Shown piece after piece: positions 49,029 to 58,215 of a stretch of DNA of 64,000 nt. The position numbers and the translations under genes are program-made. Below the pieces are notes generated by a model that was not told the origin of the DNA, did no database searches, and saw only the letters and a program-made list of their open reading frames with translations. Source of the stretch: a virus; the IMG/VR virus record IMGVR_UViG_3300029448_008324, positions 1 to 64,000 of that record; one strand, 5' to 3'. Each line of letters begins with the position of its first letter. Within the stretch, counting starts at the first letter, position 1.

Positions 49029-50018
49029 ATGGCAACACTGGCTGATATAAGAGCCAAACTCCAGGCTCAAAGTTCTAAACCACAAGGTGAAGGACAAATT
49101 GGAGACAACGCAATATATCCACATTGGAATATTCCCGAAAACACAGAAGCAGTACTTAGGTTCTTACCAGACAAGGATCCAAACAATACTTTTTTCTGGA
49201 CTGAAAGAGCAATGATTAAACTGCCTTTCAATTCAATCAAAGGAGATGCAACATCAGGTCCTGTAATGGTGCAAATACCATGCATGGAAATGTATGGTGA
49301 TGCATGTCCGATACTTGCAGAAGTAAGACAATGGTTCAAAGACAAATCATTAGAAGACTTAGGCAGGAAATATTGGAAGAAGCGTTCTTACATCTTCCAA
49401 GGATTTGTATCTACATCTCCACTACAAGAAGATGCACCAGAAAATCCAATTAGAAGATTTATCATTGGTCCACAGATCTTTAACATTATAAAGTCTGCAT
49501 TAATGGATCCTGAGATGGAAGATCTTCCAACAGACTACACCAGAGGTGTTGACTTTAGAATCAACAAAACTACAAAAGGTGGTTATGCTGACTATTCAAC
49601 ATCAAAATGGTCAAGAAAAACTTCTCCATTGACTGAAGAACAAAACAAATCCATTGAAACACATGGTTTACACAATCTTGGTGACTTCCTTCCTAAGAAG
49701 CCAGGCGAAGTGGAAATTAAAGTGATGGAAGAAATGTTCCGAGCATCAGTGGATGGTGAGCCCTATGACGCAGAAAAGTATTCACAGTACTTTAGGCCTG
49801 CAGGACTTAAAGCGCCTGTCACAGGCAGTGGCACAGTGGCACAGCCACAGCCACAAGCAGTAAAAGTAGAAACTGCACAACCAACTGTGACTGCGACACC
49901 CGAGCCTGCTCCGGCTCCACAACCAGAACAACCTTTAGAACAACCTGCCGCAACAAACGGTAGTAATTCCAAAGCAGAAGATATTCTGGCAATGATCAGA
50001 GCAAGACAACAAAAATAA
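49029..50018 (+). CDS. gp32: Single-stranded DNA-binding protein (gp32-like)
   Basis: LRFLPD, CPIL, KYWKKRSY and GGYADYSTSKW motifs; directly upstream of UvsX. Confidence 0.85.
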   Translation: MATLADIRAKLQAQSSKPQGEGQIGDNAIYPHWNIPENTEAVLRFLPDKDPNNTFFWTERAMIKLPFNSIKGDATSGPVMVQIPCMEMYGDACPILAEVRQWFKDKSLEDLGRKYWKKRSYIFQGFVSTSPLQEDAPENPIRRFIIGPQIFNIIKSALMDPEMEDLPTDYTRGVDFRINKTTKGGYADYSTSKWSRKTSPLTEEQNKSIETHGLHNLGDFLPKKPGEVEIKVMEEMFRASVDGEPYDAEKYSQYFRPAGLKAPVTGSGTVAQPQPQAVKVETAQPTVTATPEPAPAPQPEQPLEQPAATNGSNSKAEDILAMIRARQQK

Positions 50019-50023
50019 AGCAT

Positions 50024-50045
50024 ATGGGGGTAGCAATACCCCCAT
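50024..50045 (+). terminator. Hairpin/terminator after SSB
   Basis: Perfect stem ATGGGGGTA-GCAA-TACCCCCAT with a GNRA loop; weak U-tract. Confidence 0.65.
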
Positions 50046-50073
50046 TGACACAAAGTTGTTTAGAACATATAAT
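50045..50073 (+). promoter_or_regulatory. Consensus sigma70 promoter for uvsX
   Basis: TTGACA-N17-TATAAT. Confidence 0.85.
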
Positions 50074-50090
50074 ACAGGAGAGGAACAAAC

Positions 50091-51203
50091 ATGGTCAAAC
50101 CATTTGATGTAACAAAATTTAGAAAGTCAATTACAAAGTCAATTGACGGATTAGGCATAGGATTCAATGATCCTACAGATTGGATTTCAACAGGAAATCA
50201 TGCACTTAACTATCTAATTTCTGGTGATTTTTATAAAGGAATTCCACTTGGCAAAGTGACTGTGTTTGCAGGCGAATCAGGATCTGGCAAATCATACATT
50301 TGCTCAGGCAATATTATTAGAGAAGCACAAAAACAAGACATATTTGTAATACTTGTTGATTCCGAAAATGCACTTGATGAAGCATGGCTCAAAGCAGTTG
50401 GCGTAGACACAGCAGAAGACAAACTGCTAAGATTGGGCATGAGCATGATAGATGATGTTGCAAAGACTATATCCAACTTTGTAAAAGAATATAAGACAGA
50501 TTATGGTGACAAAGAACCTGAAGACAGACCAAAAGTATTATTTGTGCTTGATTCATTAGGCATGATGATGACTCCTACTGATGTTGACCAGTTTAACAAA
50601 GGTGACATGAAAGGTGACTTAGGTAGAAAACCCAAAGCCTTAACAGCACTTGTAAGAAATTGTGTAAACATGTTTGGTTCTTTGAATGTAGGCATGGTAG
50701 CAACCAATCATACATATGCATCACAAGACATGTTTGATCCAGATGATAAGATATCCGGCGGACAAGGATTTGTTTATGCATCTTCAATTGTGGTTGCAAT
50801 GAAAAAACTTAAATTAAAAGAAGATGAAGCAGGCAATAAAATTACAGATGTAAGAGGAATCAGAGCCGCCTGTAAAGTAATGAAAACAAGATTTGCAAAA
50901 CCGTTCGAAGGAGTGCAACTTAAGATTCCATATGAAACAGGAATGGATCCTTATTCCGGATTATTAGACCTTTTTGAAAAGAAAGGCCTAATTCAACAGC
51001 AAGGTAACCGTTTGAAATACATAACAGCAACTGGAAAAGAGTTGCTTGACTATAGAAAAGCATGGGGCAAGGACAATCTTGAAATTGTCATGCAAGAGGT
51101 AAGTAATCAGGTTACATTAGATGAACATGCAACACCAGAAATAAACTTAAATGAAGAAGAAGCAACACAAAAAATAGACAATGGAGACACAGATGCTAAT
51201 TGA
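50091..51203 (+). CDS. uvsX: RecA-like recombinase UvsX
   Basis: AGESGSGKS, DSENA, LDSLG, TNHTY and SGGQG motifs. Confidence 0.92.
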   Translation: MVKPFDVTKFRKSITKSIDGLGIGFNDPTDWISTGNHALNYLISGDFYKGIPLGKVTVFAGESGSGKSYICSGNIIREAQKQDIFVILVDSENALDEAWLKAVGVDTAEDKLLRLGMSMIDDVAKTISNFVKEYKTDYGDKEPEDRPKVLFVLDSLGMMMTPTDVDQFNKGDMKGDLGRKPKALTALVRNCVNMFGSLNVGMVATNHTYASQDMFDPDDKISGGQGFVYASSIVVAMKKLKLKEDEAGNKITDVRGIRAACKVMKTRFAKPFEGVQLKIPYETGMDPYSGLLDLFEKKGLIQQQGNRLKYITATGKELLDYRKAWGKDNLEIVMQEVSNQVTLDEHATPEINLNEEEATQKIDNGDTDAN

Positions 51204-51402
51204 TGTTTGGGGTTTGATGAAATCATACGTGTCTGCAAAGGACAAATCGATTGTTGCAGAAAAATTTGTTGACATTGCCATGGACAATGGTGTGCAAGAC
51301 GAAGAACTTAAAGAACTAATTGGACATGACGACGAACTAGATGAAGCAATCCGTTACAATCTAGACATAGAAGAAGACGAAGAAGACTATGAGGACGCAT
51401 GA
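51181..51402 (+). CDS. Small acidic hypothetical protein
   Basis: Overlapping ORF between uvsX and uvsY. Confidence 0.6.
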   Translation: METQMLIDVWGLMKSYVSAKDKSIVAEKFVDIAMDNGVQDEELKELIGHDDELDEAIRYNLDIEEDEEDYEDA

Positions 51403-51854
51403 ATTGGTTCTCAATAGTTACACAAGATGTCACTAAAATTGCAGATGCAATTGCATACTACGAAAAAGAACTTAATTCAGCATCCATAGAAGTTAAACTA
51501 CACGGAAATCTTGAAAAACAATCAGCATCTATGCCTGGTGTTGTAGAAGCACGTTTTAGACAACTGCAAGAAATCGAAGGCATACTCAAACACCTTGAAA
51601 TACAAGCACGTAGACTCAAAACAAAACACTACAAAAAATATCTAGAAAACTATCAAAGAGCACTAACATCTCGCGATGCAGAAAAGTATGCAGAAGGTGA
51701 AGATGAAGTGTGTGACTATGAAGCCATTGTGAATGAATGGGCACTGCTCCGCAACAAGTGGCTGGGTGTGATCAAAGCACTGGATCAAAAACAATGGCAC
51801 ATCACCAACATAGTAAAACTTAGAGTTGCTGGCATGGAAGATGCCAATCTCTAG
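51399..51854 (+). CDS. uvsY: Recombination mediator UvsY-like
   Basis: Helical; YLENYQRALTSRDAEKY and NIVKLRVAG motifs; next to uvsX. Confidence 0.75.
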   Translation: MNWFSIVTQDVTKIADAIAYYEKELNSASIEVKLHGNLEKQSASMPGVVEARFRQLQEIEGILKHLEIQARRLKTKHYKKYLENYQRALTSRDAEKYAEGEDEVCDYEAIVNEWALLRNKWLGVIKALDQKQWHITNIVKLRVAGMEDANL

Positions 51855-53857
51855 GCAATAAGTTTTTGTTTTAATTCTTGTTGTAGACTTTCATCTTTTA
51901 ATTCTTCCCATATCACACTTGGAATAAATTGAACCTTTTTAAGTCCTAGAGTCAAATTATACACATCTTCTTTGGGCCATTTGAACTGCCAAATGCTTTT
52001 GTAATACTTTTCATCTTGATTAAAAGCAACATCGTCAAAATTGTAACTGATAATTTTGTTCATTCTTTGTTTGTGGCCAGTATCAAAATTCATAATTTTG
52101 GCTCTTTGCCATCTAAACAAATCTTTGATGTTAGGATCTTTTTGGACATTAATAAGACTGTGGAAGATGTTGCTAAAGATTGTCATAAAATCGTCTGGAC
52201 TTGCATGAAATCTGTATTGACTTACTCTCCTTGGATTGATAGGATATGTGCCTGTGTTGTCATAGCGTTGATACAATTTGTTTTTACCTGTCAGCCAATG
52301 CACATACAACTCAAGATCTAATCTAAAACTGTCAGGTAAGTTTTTCCAATTGGATGGATGGAATTGACGTGTGTAAGCTTTGATGAATTCGTGACTGCTG
52401 ACGCCATGATGATTTTCAAGATAATTTATTGGAGTCCTCATCCAACCCAAAAAGCCATATGTGTGACACATCATAGTCCAGTGATACCAAGATGCAGCTA
52501 ATTCTTCAGTGGTCAATGTTTCTGTTTCTATCATATGGTTGAATGTGATTTGTGCTGAGTCACCTGGTTGATCCAATAATGATCTTGAATAATGCCTTTC
52601 TGATCTGATGTAATTTTTGTTGCTTTTGAATTGATATGTGTTGCCAGGACTGGTCAGCACTGTGTTTGGAAATATCAGATACCAAAAAGGTAAAAAATGA
52701 GACAGTAAATCGTTTTTTTGAAGTTCATGCAAACTGTCTGTGAGTGTGTTATATGATTGACCAGGCATACCAAGGATGATTTCAATTTGCCCTGTTTTGT
52801 GTTCATCATTTTTTGTGAATGCTTGGAATGCTTTGATTTTTTCATATTCTTTATTGAATGGACGACCGTTCATCTTTACAATTTCAGGATTAGGATCTTG
52901 CAGAGTAATTTTGCCATAATTTCCAGCTTCGTCGTCATCATATATGCCACTGTCTTCCATCTTTTGCATCAAGTATGTGGTGAATTCAACTTGATTTTTT
53001 GCCAATGGTGGTTTTCTAAATGACAACTTGCCTTGTGCATTTTCAATGACATAATCTAGTATGTCTTCATATTCTGGCACTATCCCAAAATTTGCATCAG
53101 CAAATTCATACACACAATTGTTGTATTCTGCTAGTAGATCAATTTCTTTGTAGAGTTTTGTGATGTCACGTTTGTGAATTTTAGTCCACAAACTTGTGCC
53201 CTGTTCACAAAAACTACAACTGTAAGGACAGCCTTGTATGTACATGGTCAGAAAGACAACTTTGTTGTAGTCTTTGGTGTATTGATCCAACAGCGTTCTA
53301 ACTTCATCATTGAAATTGGTGACATAGTCAAGCACCAAAGGATCTTCACTGCGTGGCACGGGACTGTTACGCACACAACTATGACCGTTCCAATGATTAA
53401 CACCTGCCACCTTTGTGATGTTGCCGCCCACTAAATGGGTGTCTACAATAAGCCTAAATGTTTCAGCAGCTGGGCCTGGGACAACAGCATCAATGTAATG
53501 GTGTTCACGCATCCAAGCTTCTCTTGTGTCAGCGTTAGGGCCTCCTGCCACAATGATGCATTTGGGAAAATTTTGTTTGATCCATTCAGCATTTTCTAAC
53601 AACACAGATTCGTTCCACAGATATAAACTGAACCCAACTATGTCAGGTGGTGTGTTGAATAATTGCTGTTGTAGTGCAGGATTGTCCTTGATAGGAGTTG
53701 GATCATCGCTGAAACTCCAATCTTTAATTTTTGCGAAATTGCCAGGACTACGTTGAAAGTAATAATCTTTCAACCAAAAATAAATCAATGGAAAGCGTTT
53801 TTCAGCACCTTTTGTAGTGATGTCAGTGTGATAAATGGTGTTGATAAAGATGTTCAT
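51851..53857 (-). CDS. Cobalamin-binding radical SAM protein
   Basis: B12-binding-like DIVGFSLYLWN..VAGGP; GCPYSCSFC; DANFG; ILGMPGQ. Confidence 0.85.
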   Translation of the reverse strand: MNIFINTIYHTDITTKGAEKRFPLIYFWLKDYYFQRSPGNFAKIKDWSFSDDPTPIKDNPALQQQLFNTPPDIVGFSLYLWNESVLLENAEWIKQNFPKCIIVAGGPNADTREAWMREHHYIDAVVPGPAAETFRLIVDTHLVGGNITKVAGVNHWNGHSCVRNSPVPRSEDPLVLDYVTNFNDEVRTLLDQYTKDYNKVVFLTMYIQGCPYSCSFCEQGTSLWTKIHKRDITKLYKEIDLLAEYNNCVYEFADANFGIVPEYEDILDYVIENAQGKLSFRKPPLAKNQVEFTTYLMQKMEDSGIYDDDEAGNYGKITLQDPNPEIVKMNGRPFNKEYEKIKAFQAFTKNDEHKTGQIEIILGMPGQSYNTLTDSLHELQKNDLLSHFLPFWYLIFPNTVLTSPGNTYQFKSNKNYIRSERHYSRSLLDQPGDSAQITFNHMIETETLTTEELAASWYHWTMMCHTYGFLGWMRTPINYLENHHGVSSHEFIKAYTRQFHPSNWKNLPDSFRLDLELYVHWLTGKNKLYQRYDNTGTYPINPRRVSQYRFHASPDDFMTIFSNIFHSLINVQKDPNIKDLFRWQRAKIMNFDTGHKQRMNKIISYNFDDVAFNQDEKYYKSIWQFKWPKEDVYNLTLGLKKVQFIPSVIWEELKDESLQQELKQKLIA

Positions 53858-53994
53858 TTGCTTTTTAAATATTTATAGGACGTCTAATACGCATTTAAAG
53901 TTTCTGTAACTTTTCTGCACATCTCCTGTAGCCTATTAACACTGTATTTTATGATTTTAATTGTATAAATTAATATTGAAAACAAGGAAACAAA

Positions 53995-54108
53995 ATGAAA
54001 AAGATTTTTAAACTCATACTATCAATAACAACACTAACAATGTTAGGCCAAAAGAAAAACGTTAAAGAGGCATACACATATGTGTCAACTAACGGAGACA
54101 AATGGTAA
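53995..54108 (+). CDS. Micro-ORF (37 aa)
   Basis: SD AAGGA; MKKIFKLILSITTLTMLG...NGDKW. Confidence 0.5.
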   Translation: MKKIFKLILSITTLTMLGQKKNVKEAYTYVSTNGDKW

Positions 54109-54112
54109 ACAC

Positions 54113-54304
54113 ATGCACAAATTATTTGAAAACACAACAAAGAATATTAATAAATTCACTAATTTTGTTAGCCGTATGTTTAGTGATGGCGACAAAAATC
54201 TCATTAAGTTTTGCAGAATTGAATACGGAAATGATTGGCAGTGGGCGTACCTTAGGTATAAAAAGCAAGGACAATTCCCTAATACCCTTAGAAAAGTGGC
54301 CTAG
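54113..54304 (+). CDS. Small hypothetical protein
   Basis: GGAG upstream; MHKLFE...FCRIEYGNDWQWAY. Confidence 0.6.
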   Translation: MHKLFENTTKNINKFTNFVSRMFSDGDKNLIKFCRIEYGNDWQWAYLRYKKQGQFPNTLRKVA

Positions 54305-54474
54305 TGCCTGAACCACAAATTTGGTTCTTTATTATTACGGCACTGATGCTGGTGATCGGTGCAATCATAATGATGATAAAGATTACACCAACACCAGAAG
54401 AAGACGAACGACGCTGGAATTGGATGCTTGGAAAAGGTCCAGATCCATATAGAAAGGAAAAGAAATATGAGTAG
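54304..54474 (+). CDS. Small single-TM protein (56 aa)
   Basis: GTG overlaps the previous stop; WFFIITALMLVIGAIIMMI hydrophobic segment. Confidence 0.5.
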   Translation: MPEPQIWFFIITALMLVIGAIIMMIKITPTPEEDERRWNWMLGKGPDPYRKEKKYE

Positions 54475-54601
54475 AATTACAGTTAACATATTAAAAGACA
54501 GCACAAATACCGATAGTTACAAGTATTCAAATTTGAATCTTTTGAGAATTGTAATGGCCGGCAACAACAAAGCAAAAAACATCAGCAGGAGATACAAATA
54601 A
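54467..54601 (+). CDS. Micro-ORF (44 aa)
   Basis: SD AAGGA; MSRITVNILKD...SRRYK. Confidence 0.45.
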   Translation: MSRITVNILKDSTNTDSYKYSNLNLLRIVMAGNNKAKNISRRYK

Positions 54602-54605
54602 AAAA

Positions 54606-54746
54606 ATGCAATATCTTAAAAACTTACTGAACGCACTTAGACCACAATCCAAACAAGAATGGATTGAAGAATACCTATCAAAGTCTGTGGATAGATATGA
54701 TCTTGAAGCACGACAACTTGAACTGACCAGAAAAGGCATTTACTAG
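54606..54746 (+). CDS. Small protein (DUF3563-like)
   Basis: SD AGGAG; EEYLSKSVDRYDLEARQLEL. Confidence 0.55.
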   Translation: MQYLKNLLNALRPQSKQEWIEEYLSKSVDRYDLEARQLELTRKGIY

Positions 54747-54747
54747 T

Positions 54748-54927
54748 ATGATCAATCATAGACTAGAAGAATGGGCAACGAAGTTTAGAGCGTCCAAACT
54801 CTATCTTCGTGCTCTAAGCCGCAAAAAACAAGAAAAAAAACCCCATTACACCACACATCAACATGCACATACTATAAACAAAAAAGTTTTAGAAGCATCG
54901 AGATTCACCCAATATACTTCATTTTAG
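54748..54927 (+). CDS. Micro-ORF (59 aa, basic)
   Basis: Tiles exactly between neighbours, with 1 nt and 0 nt gaps. Confidence 0.45.
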   Translation: MINHRLEEWATKFRASKLYLRALSRKKQEKKPHYTTHQHAHTINKKVLEASRFTQYTSF

Positions 54928-55125
54928 ATGCCTACCACAACAGGAGATTACATCATGTTGTTTTTCATGATCTTAGCTGCCCTGATGGTAATTGTAGGCG
55001 TGATATTAATGGCAGTCAACAATCAATACAATAAAAAATATTCAAACCAACTTATGCAAGCAAGAGTTATGTTTCAAGGAATAGCACTTGCAGTGTTATT
55101 TGTGGTGGTTTGGTTATCCACATAA
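54928..55125 (+). CDS. HIG1-domain twin-transmembrane-helix protein
   Basis: Two TM helices flanking KYSNQLMQARVMFQG. Confidence 0.75.
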   Translation: MPTTTGDYIMLFFMILAALMVIVGVILMAVNNQYNKKYSNQLMQARVMFQGIALAVLFVVVWLST

Positions 55126-55139
55126 TTCTAATCATTTCA

Positions 55140-55168
55140 TTGCAATAAGCGGACAGATTTGCTAAAAT
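55140..55168 (+). promoter_or_regulatory. Sigma70-type promoter for the NCS2 permease
   Basis: TTGCAA-N17-TAAAAT; SD GAGGAG. Confidence 0.55.
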
Positions 55169-55200
55169 ATTGTATCCAATAATTAGAGGAGATAACAAAT

Positions 55201-56496
55201 ATGTTAGAAAAACTGTTTGGCCTATCAAAGGCCGGCACTTCTGTGAAAACGGAAATCATGGCTGGTGTGGCCACATTCTTAACAATGGCATACATCACTG
55301 TGGTTAACCCGGCTATACTTTCAACAGAAGGTACCGGCATGGCATTTGGAGCTGTGTTTACAGCAACAATCATTGCCGCTGTGATAGGTACATTAATCAT
55401 GGGACTGTGGGCCAAGTGGCCTGTGGCTCTCGCACCCGGCATGGGACTCAATGCATTTTTTACATTTGGTGTAATTTTTGGCATGGGGTACACATACAGT
55501 CAGGCGTTGGCAGCTGTGTTTGTGGCAGGACTTGTGTTCTTGTTACTTTCAGTGACGCCAGCAAGACGTTATATTATTAATTCAATTCCGCGTTCAATGA
55601 AACTTGGCATTGGTGCAGGAATTGGTTTGTTCCTTGCAATCATCGGCTTTAAGAATGCCGGCATTGTAGTAGACAATCCAGCCACCCTTGTAGGTTTAGG
55701 TGATATTTCATCATGGCCTGTATTGTTGGCAGGTCTTGGATTTGCAATAATGGCAATCCTTGACAAACGCAAAATACCTGGTGCAATCATCATTGGTATC
55801 CTAGCAACAAGTATTATTGCTTGGGTGTTTGGTGTTGCAGATATATCTGGAGTGGTAGGAGCAATCCCGTCACCAACACATGCTTTCTCACTTGACTTTT
55901 CATTGTTAGCAACAGCAGGCTTCATAGGCACTGCATTTGCATTCTTGTTTGTTGACTTTTTTGACACAGCAGGGACATTAACTTCTGTGGCAAATCTCAC
56001 AGGCAAAGTTAATAAAAAAACAGGAGAAGTTGAAGGCATAGACAAGGCATTACTGGCTGATTCAACTGCGACAACTGTTGGTGCATTGATGGGAACATCA
56101 AACACAACATCATATATTGAATCAGGTGCAGGTATTAAAGAAGGCGGAAAAACAGGACTGACTGCGGTAACAGTGGCAGTGCTGTTCTTAGCATGTCTTA
56201 TTTTTGCTCCATTGGCACAAAGCATACCTGCTTTTGCTACTGGTCCTGCTTTGGTGTTTATTGCCACATACTTCCTTAGAAATCTCAAAGATATCGACTG
56301 GGAAGATGTATCAGAATATGCTCCGGCGGTGTTGGCGGCAATCATCATGCCATTAACATTTTCCATTGCATATGGTATTGCACTTGGTTTTATTGCTTAT
56401 GTGTTGATCAAAGCACTGAGTGGTAGAACATCAGATCTAAACGGTGGCTCATTGGCCATTGCGGCGGTAAGTGTTTTATACTTTGTAGCGGTATAA
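55201..56496 (+). CDS. NCS2 family purine permease (AzgA/PbuG-like)
   Basis: TFLTMAYI.VNP.IL, APGMGLNAFF, DFFDTAGT, TSYIES.AG and PLTFSIA.G motifs. Confidence 0.93.
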   Translation: MLEKLFGLSKAGTSVKTEIMAGVATFLTMAYITVVNPAILSTEGTGMAFGAVFTATIIAAVIGTLIMGLWAKWPVALAPGMGLNAFFTFGVIFGMGYTYSQALAAVFVAGLVFLLLSVTPARRYIINSIPRSMKLGIGAGIGLFLAIIGFKNAGIVVDNPATLVGLGDISSWPVLLAGLGFAIMAILDKRKIPGAIIIGILATSIIAWVFGVADISGVVGAIPSPTHAFSLDFSLLATAGFIGTAFAFLFVDFFDTAGTLTSVANLTGKVNKKTGEVEGIDKALLADSTATTVGALMGTSNTTSYIESGAGIKEGGKTGLTAVTVAVLFLACLIFAPLAQSIPAFATGPALVFIATYFLRNLKDIDWEDVSEYAPAVLAAIIMPLTFSIAYGIALGFIAYVLIKALSGRTSDLNGGSLAIAAVSVLYFVAV

Positions 56497-56508
56497 TTTT
56501 ACTTTGAT

Positions 56509-56528
56509 GGGGGTGTGTTTGCACCCCC
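56509..56528 (+). terminator. Hairpin after the permease
   Basis: GGGGGTGT-GTTT-GCACCCCC; short U-tract. Confidence 0.55.
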
Positions 56529-56541
56529 TTAAATACCCTTT

Positions 56542-57444
56542 ATGCTCAATCCTACATCATGGCACATAGAACCAACATCAAGATGCACACTTGAATGTCC
56601 TGGTTGCGATCGAACATGGTATAGGAACACATTTGGCAAACAGATCATCCAAGATATTGATGTTGCGGCATTAACCAATTTTTTCTCTGTGAATAACTTT
56701 TTAGGTTCACAAATTAGATTGTGTGGCAACAACGGGGATCCCATCTATCATCCAAAATTTATCAGTTTGCTTGAGTCACTCAAATCACAAAATCACAGTG
56801 TGAGAATACACACAAACGCCTCAGCAAAAACTGATCGATTTTGGCAACAAGTTTGTGATTGTTTAGACCACAAAGATCAAATTGTTTTTGCAATTGATGG
56901 ACTTCAAGATACCAATCACTTGTATAGAAAAAATTCAAACTGGCAACAAATCATGATGGCAGTCAACACTGTGGTGGGATGTGGCATTAACACAGAATGG
57001 CAATTTATTGTGTTCAAACAAAATCAACATCAAATCCAACAAGCACAAACATTATCTAAACAGTTGGGTATCAACAATTTTAGAGTGCATAAATCTCATC
57101 GATGGATTGACGACAGTCTTGATCAATATATGCCTGACAAAGAATACGTTGAAGAAATATATTTTGATCATCAGGAGATAGTTGATGGTGTTGTGTCCAA
57201 AGGCACCATGGAACCCATGTGTGGTATGAATAGAGAAACATTCATTGATTCTAATGGTAATATTTTTCCATGCTGTTGGACAGCAACATATCGATTTCAA
57301 TACAAACATGCCTTTGGAAAACAGCCAATCAACATTGCAATGGGCAAATACCAACTGCCTGAGGCACACTCAGATTATATTGAAAGCACTAAAACGTGGC
57401 AAACAGCACAATTAGTATGTAGGTTGCATTGTGCAAAAAATTAA
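56542..57444 (+). CDS. Radical SAM protein with C-terminal SPASM/twitch
   Basis: CTLECPGC, GNNGDP, FAIDG, FPCC and CRLHC motifs. Confidence 0.85.
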   Translation: MLNPTSWHIEPTSRCTLECPGCDRTWYRNTFGKQIIQDIDVAALTNFFSVNNFLGSQIRLCGNNGDPIYHPKFISLLESLKSQNHSVRIHTNASAKTDRFWQQVCDCLDHKDQIVFAIDGLQDTNHLYRKNSNWQQIMMAVNTVVGCGINTEWQFIVFKQNQHQIQQAQTLSKQLGINNFRVHKSHRWIDDSLDQYMPDKEYVEEIYFDHQEIVDGVVSKGTMEPMCGMNRETFIDSNGNIFPCCWTATYRFQYKHAFGKQPINIAMGKYQLPEAHSDYIESTKTWQTAQLVCRLHCAKN

Positions 57445-57533
57445 TATATATTATCAATAATGAATACTAATACTAAAGATACAAAAGAAAAACCAATAAT
57501 TATTATTGAAGATGATGGTTATTGTGACTAAAT

Positions 57534-57609
<76 letters not shown>

Positions 57610-57611
57610 TT

Positions 57612-57687
57612 GGGGGATTAGCTCAGTTGGGAGAGCGCCTCGTTTGCAACGAGGAGGTCGCAGGTTCGACCCCTGTATCCTCCACCA
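57612..57687 (+). tRNA. tRNA-Ala(UGC)
   Basis: 76 nt, G3-U70 identity pair, anticodon TGC, CCA. Confidence 0.95.
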
Positions 57688-57699
57688 AAAGGAGATAAA

Positions 57700-57909
57700 A
57701 TGGAAAAAACTATAATTAATGCCTTAAAAAAACATGCTGAAGGTCAAATTGCCAAGCACAGAGTCAACGTAGAAATCTACATGCAAAATGCTGTTGGTGT
57801 AGGAGAACACACTGACATATTAGAAAGCATAGAGAAGGAACTTAATTCAATAGGTAAGTATGAAGAACAAATTGAGGTTTTGAAAAAACACTTTTCTAAT
57901 GAAGATTAA
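57700..57909 (+). CDS. Small hypothetical protein
   Basis: SD AAGGAG; NAVGVGEHTDILESIEKEL. Confidence 0.7.
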   Translation: MEKTIINALKKHAEGQIAKHRVNVEIYMQNAVGVGEHTDILESIEKELNSIGKYEEQIEVLKKHFSNED

Positions 57910-58213
57910 AGTCATAGACAGAAGTGGCAACGGTTCTGAAATCCCCGCTGAAGTTGGAATGTCTATCGAATCTGCAATCACACAGGCAGGCGTAGAAGAC
58001 AGTTTCGGCATATGCGGGGGTGCTTGTGCTTGTGCATCTTGTCAAGTGTATGTTGCCAAAGAAGACTATGACAAATTGACAGCACCAGATGAAGGAGAAA
58101 CTGCTGTGTTGGAAGACATGGCATATGAACTGCAACCAACATCAAGACTCAGTTGTCAAATGGAAGTGACTCCAAATATGGAAGGCATGACTTTTACCAT
58201 TGCTCCATATTAA
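57899..58213 (+). CDS. fdx: 2Fe-2S ferredoxin (ISC/adrenodoxin type)
   Basis: CGGACACASC...SRLSCQ. Confidence 0.92.
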   Translation: MKIKVIDRSGNGSEIPAEVGMSIESAITQAGVEDSFGICGGACACASCQVYVAKEDYDKLTAPDEGETAVLEDMAYELQPTSRLSCQMEVTPNMEGMTFTIAPY

Positions 58214-58215
58214 GC

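Noticed and set aside
53880-53990. AT-rich intergenic gap as a possible origin or riboswitch
   Set aside because: No iterons or convincing stems; consistent with divergent promoters.
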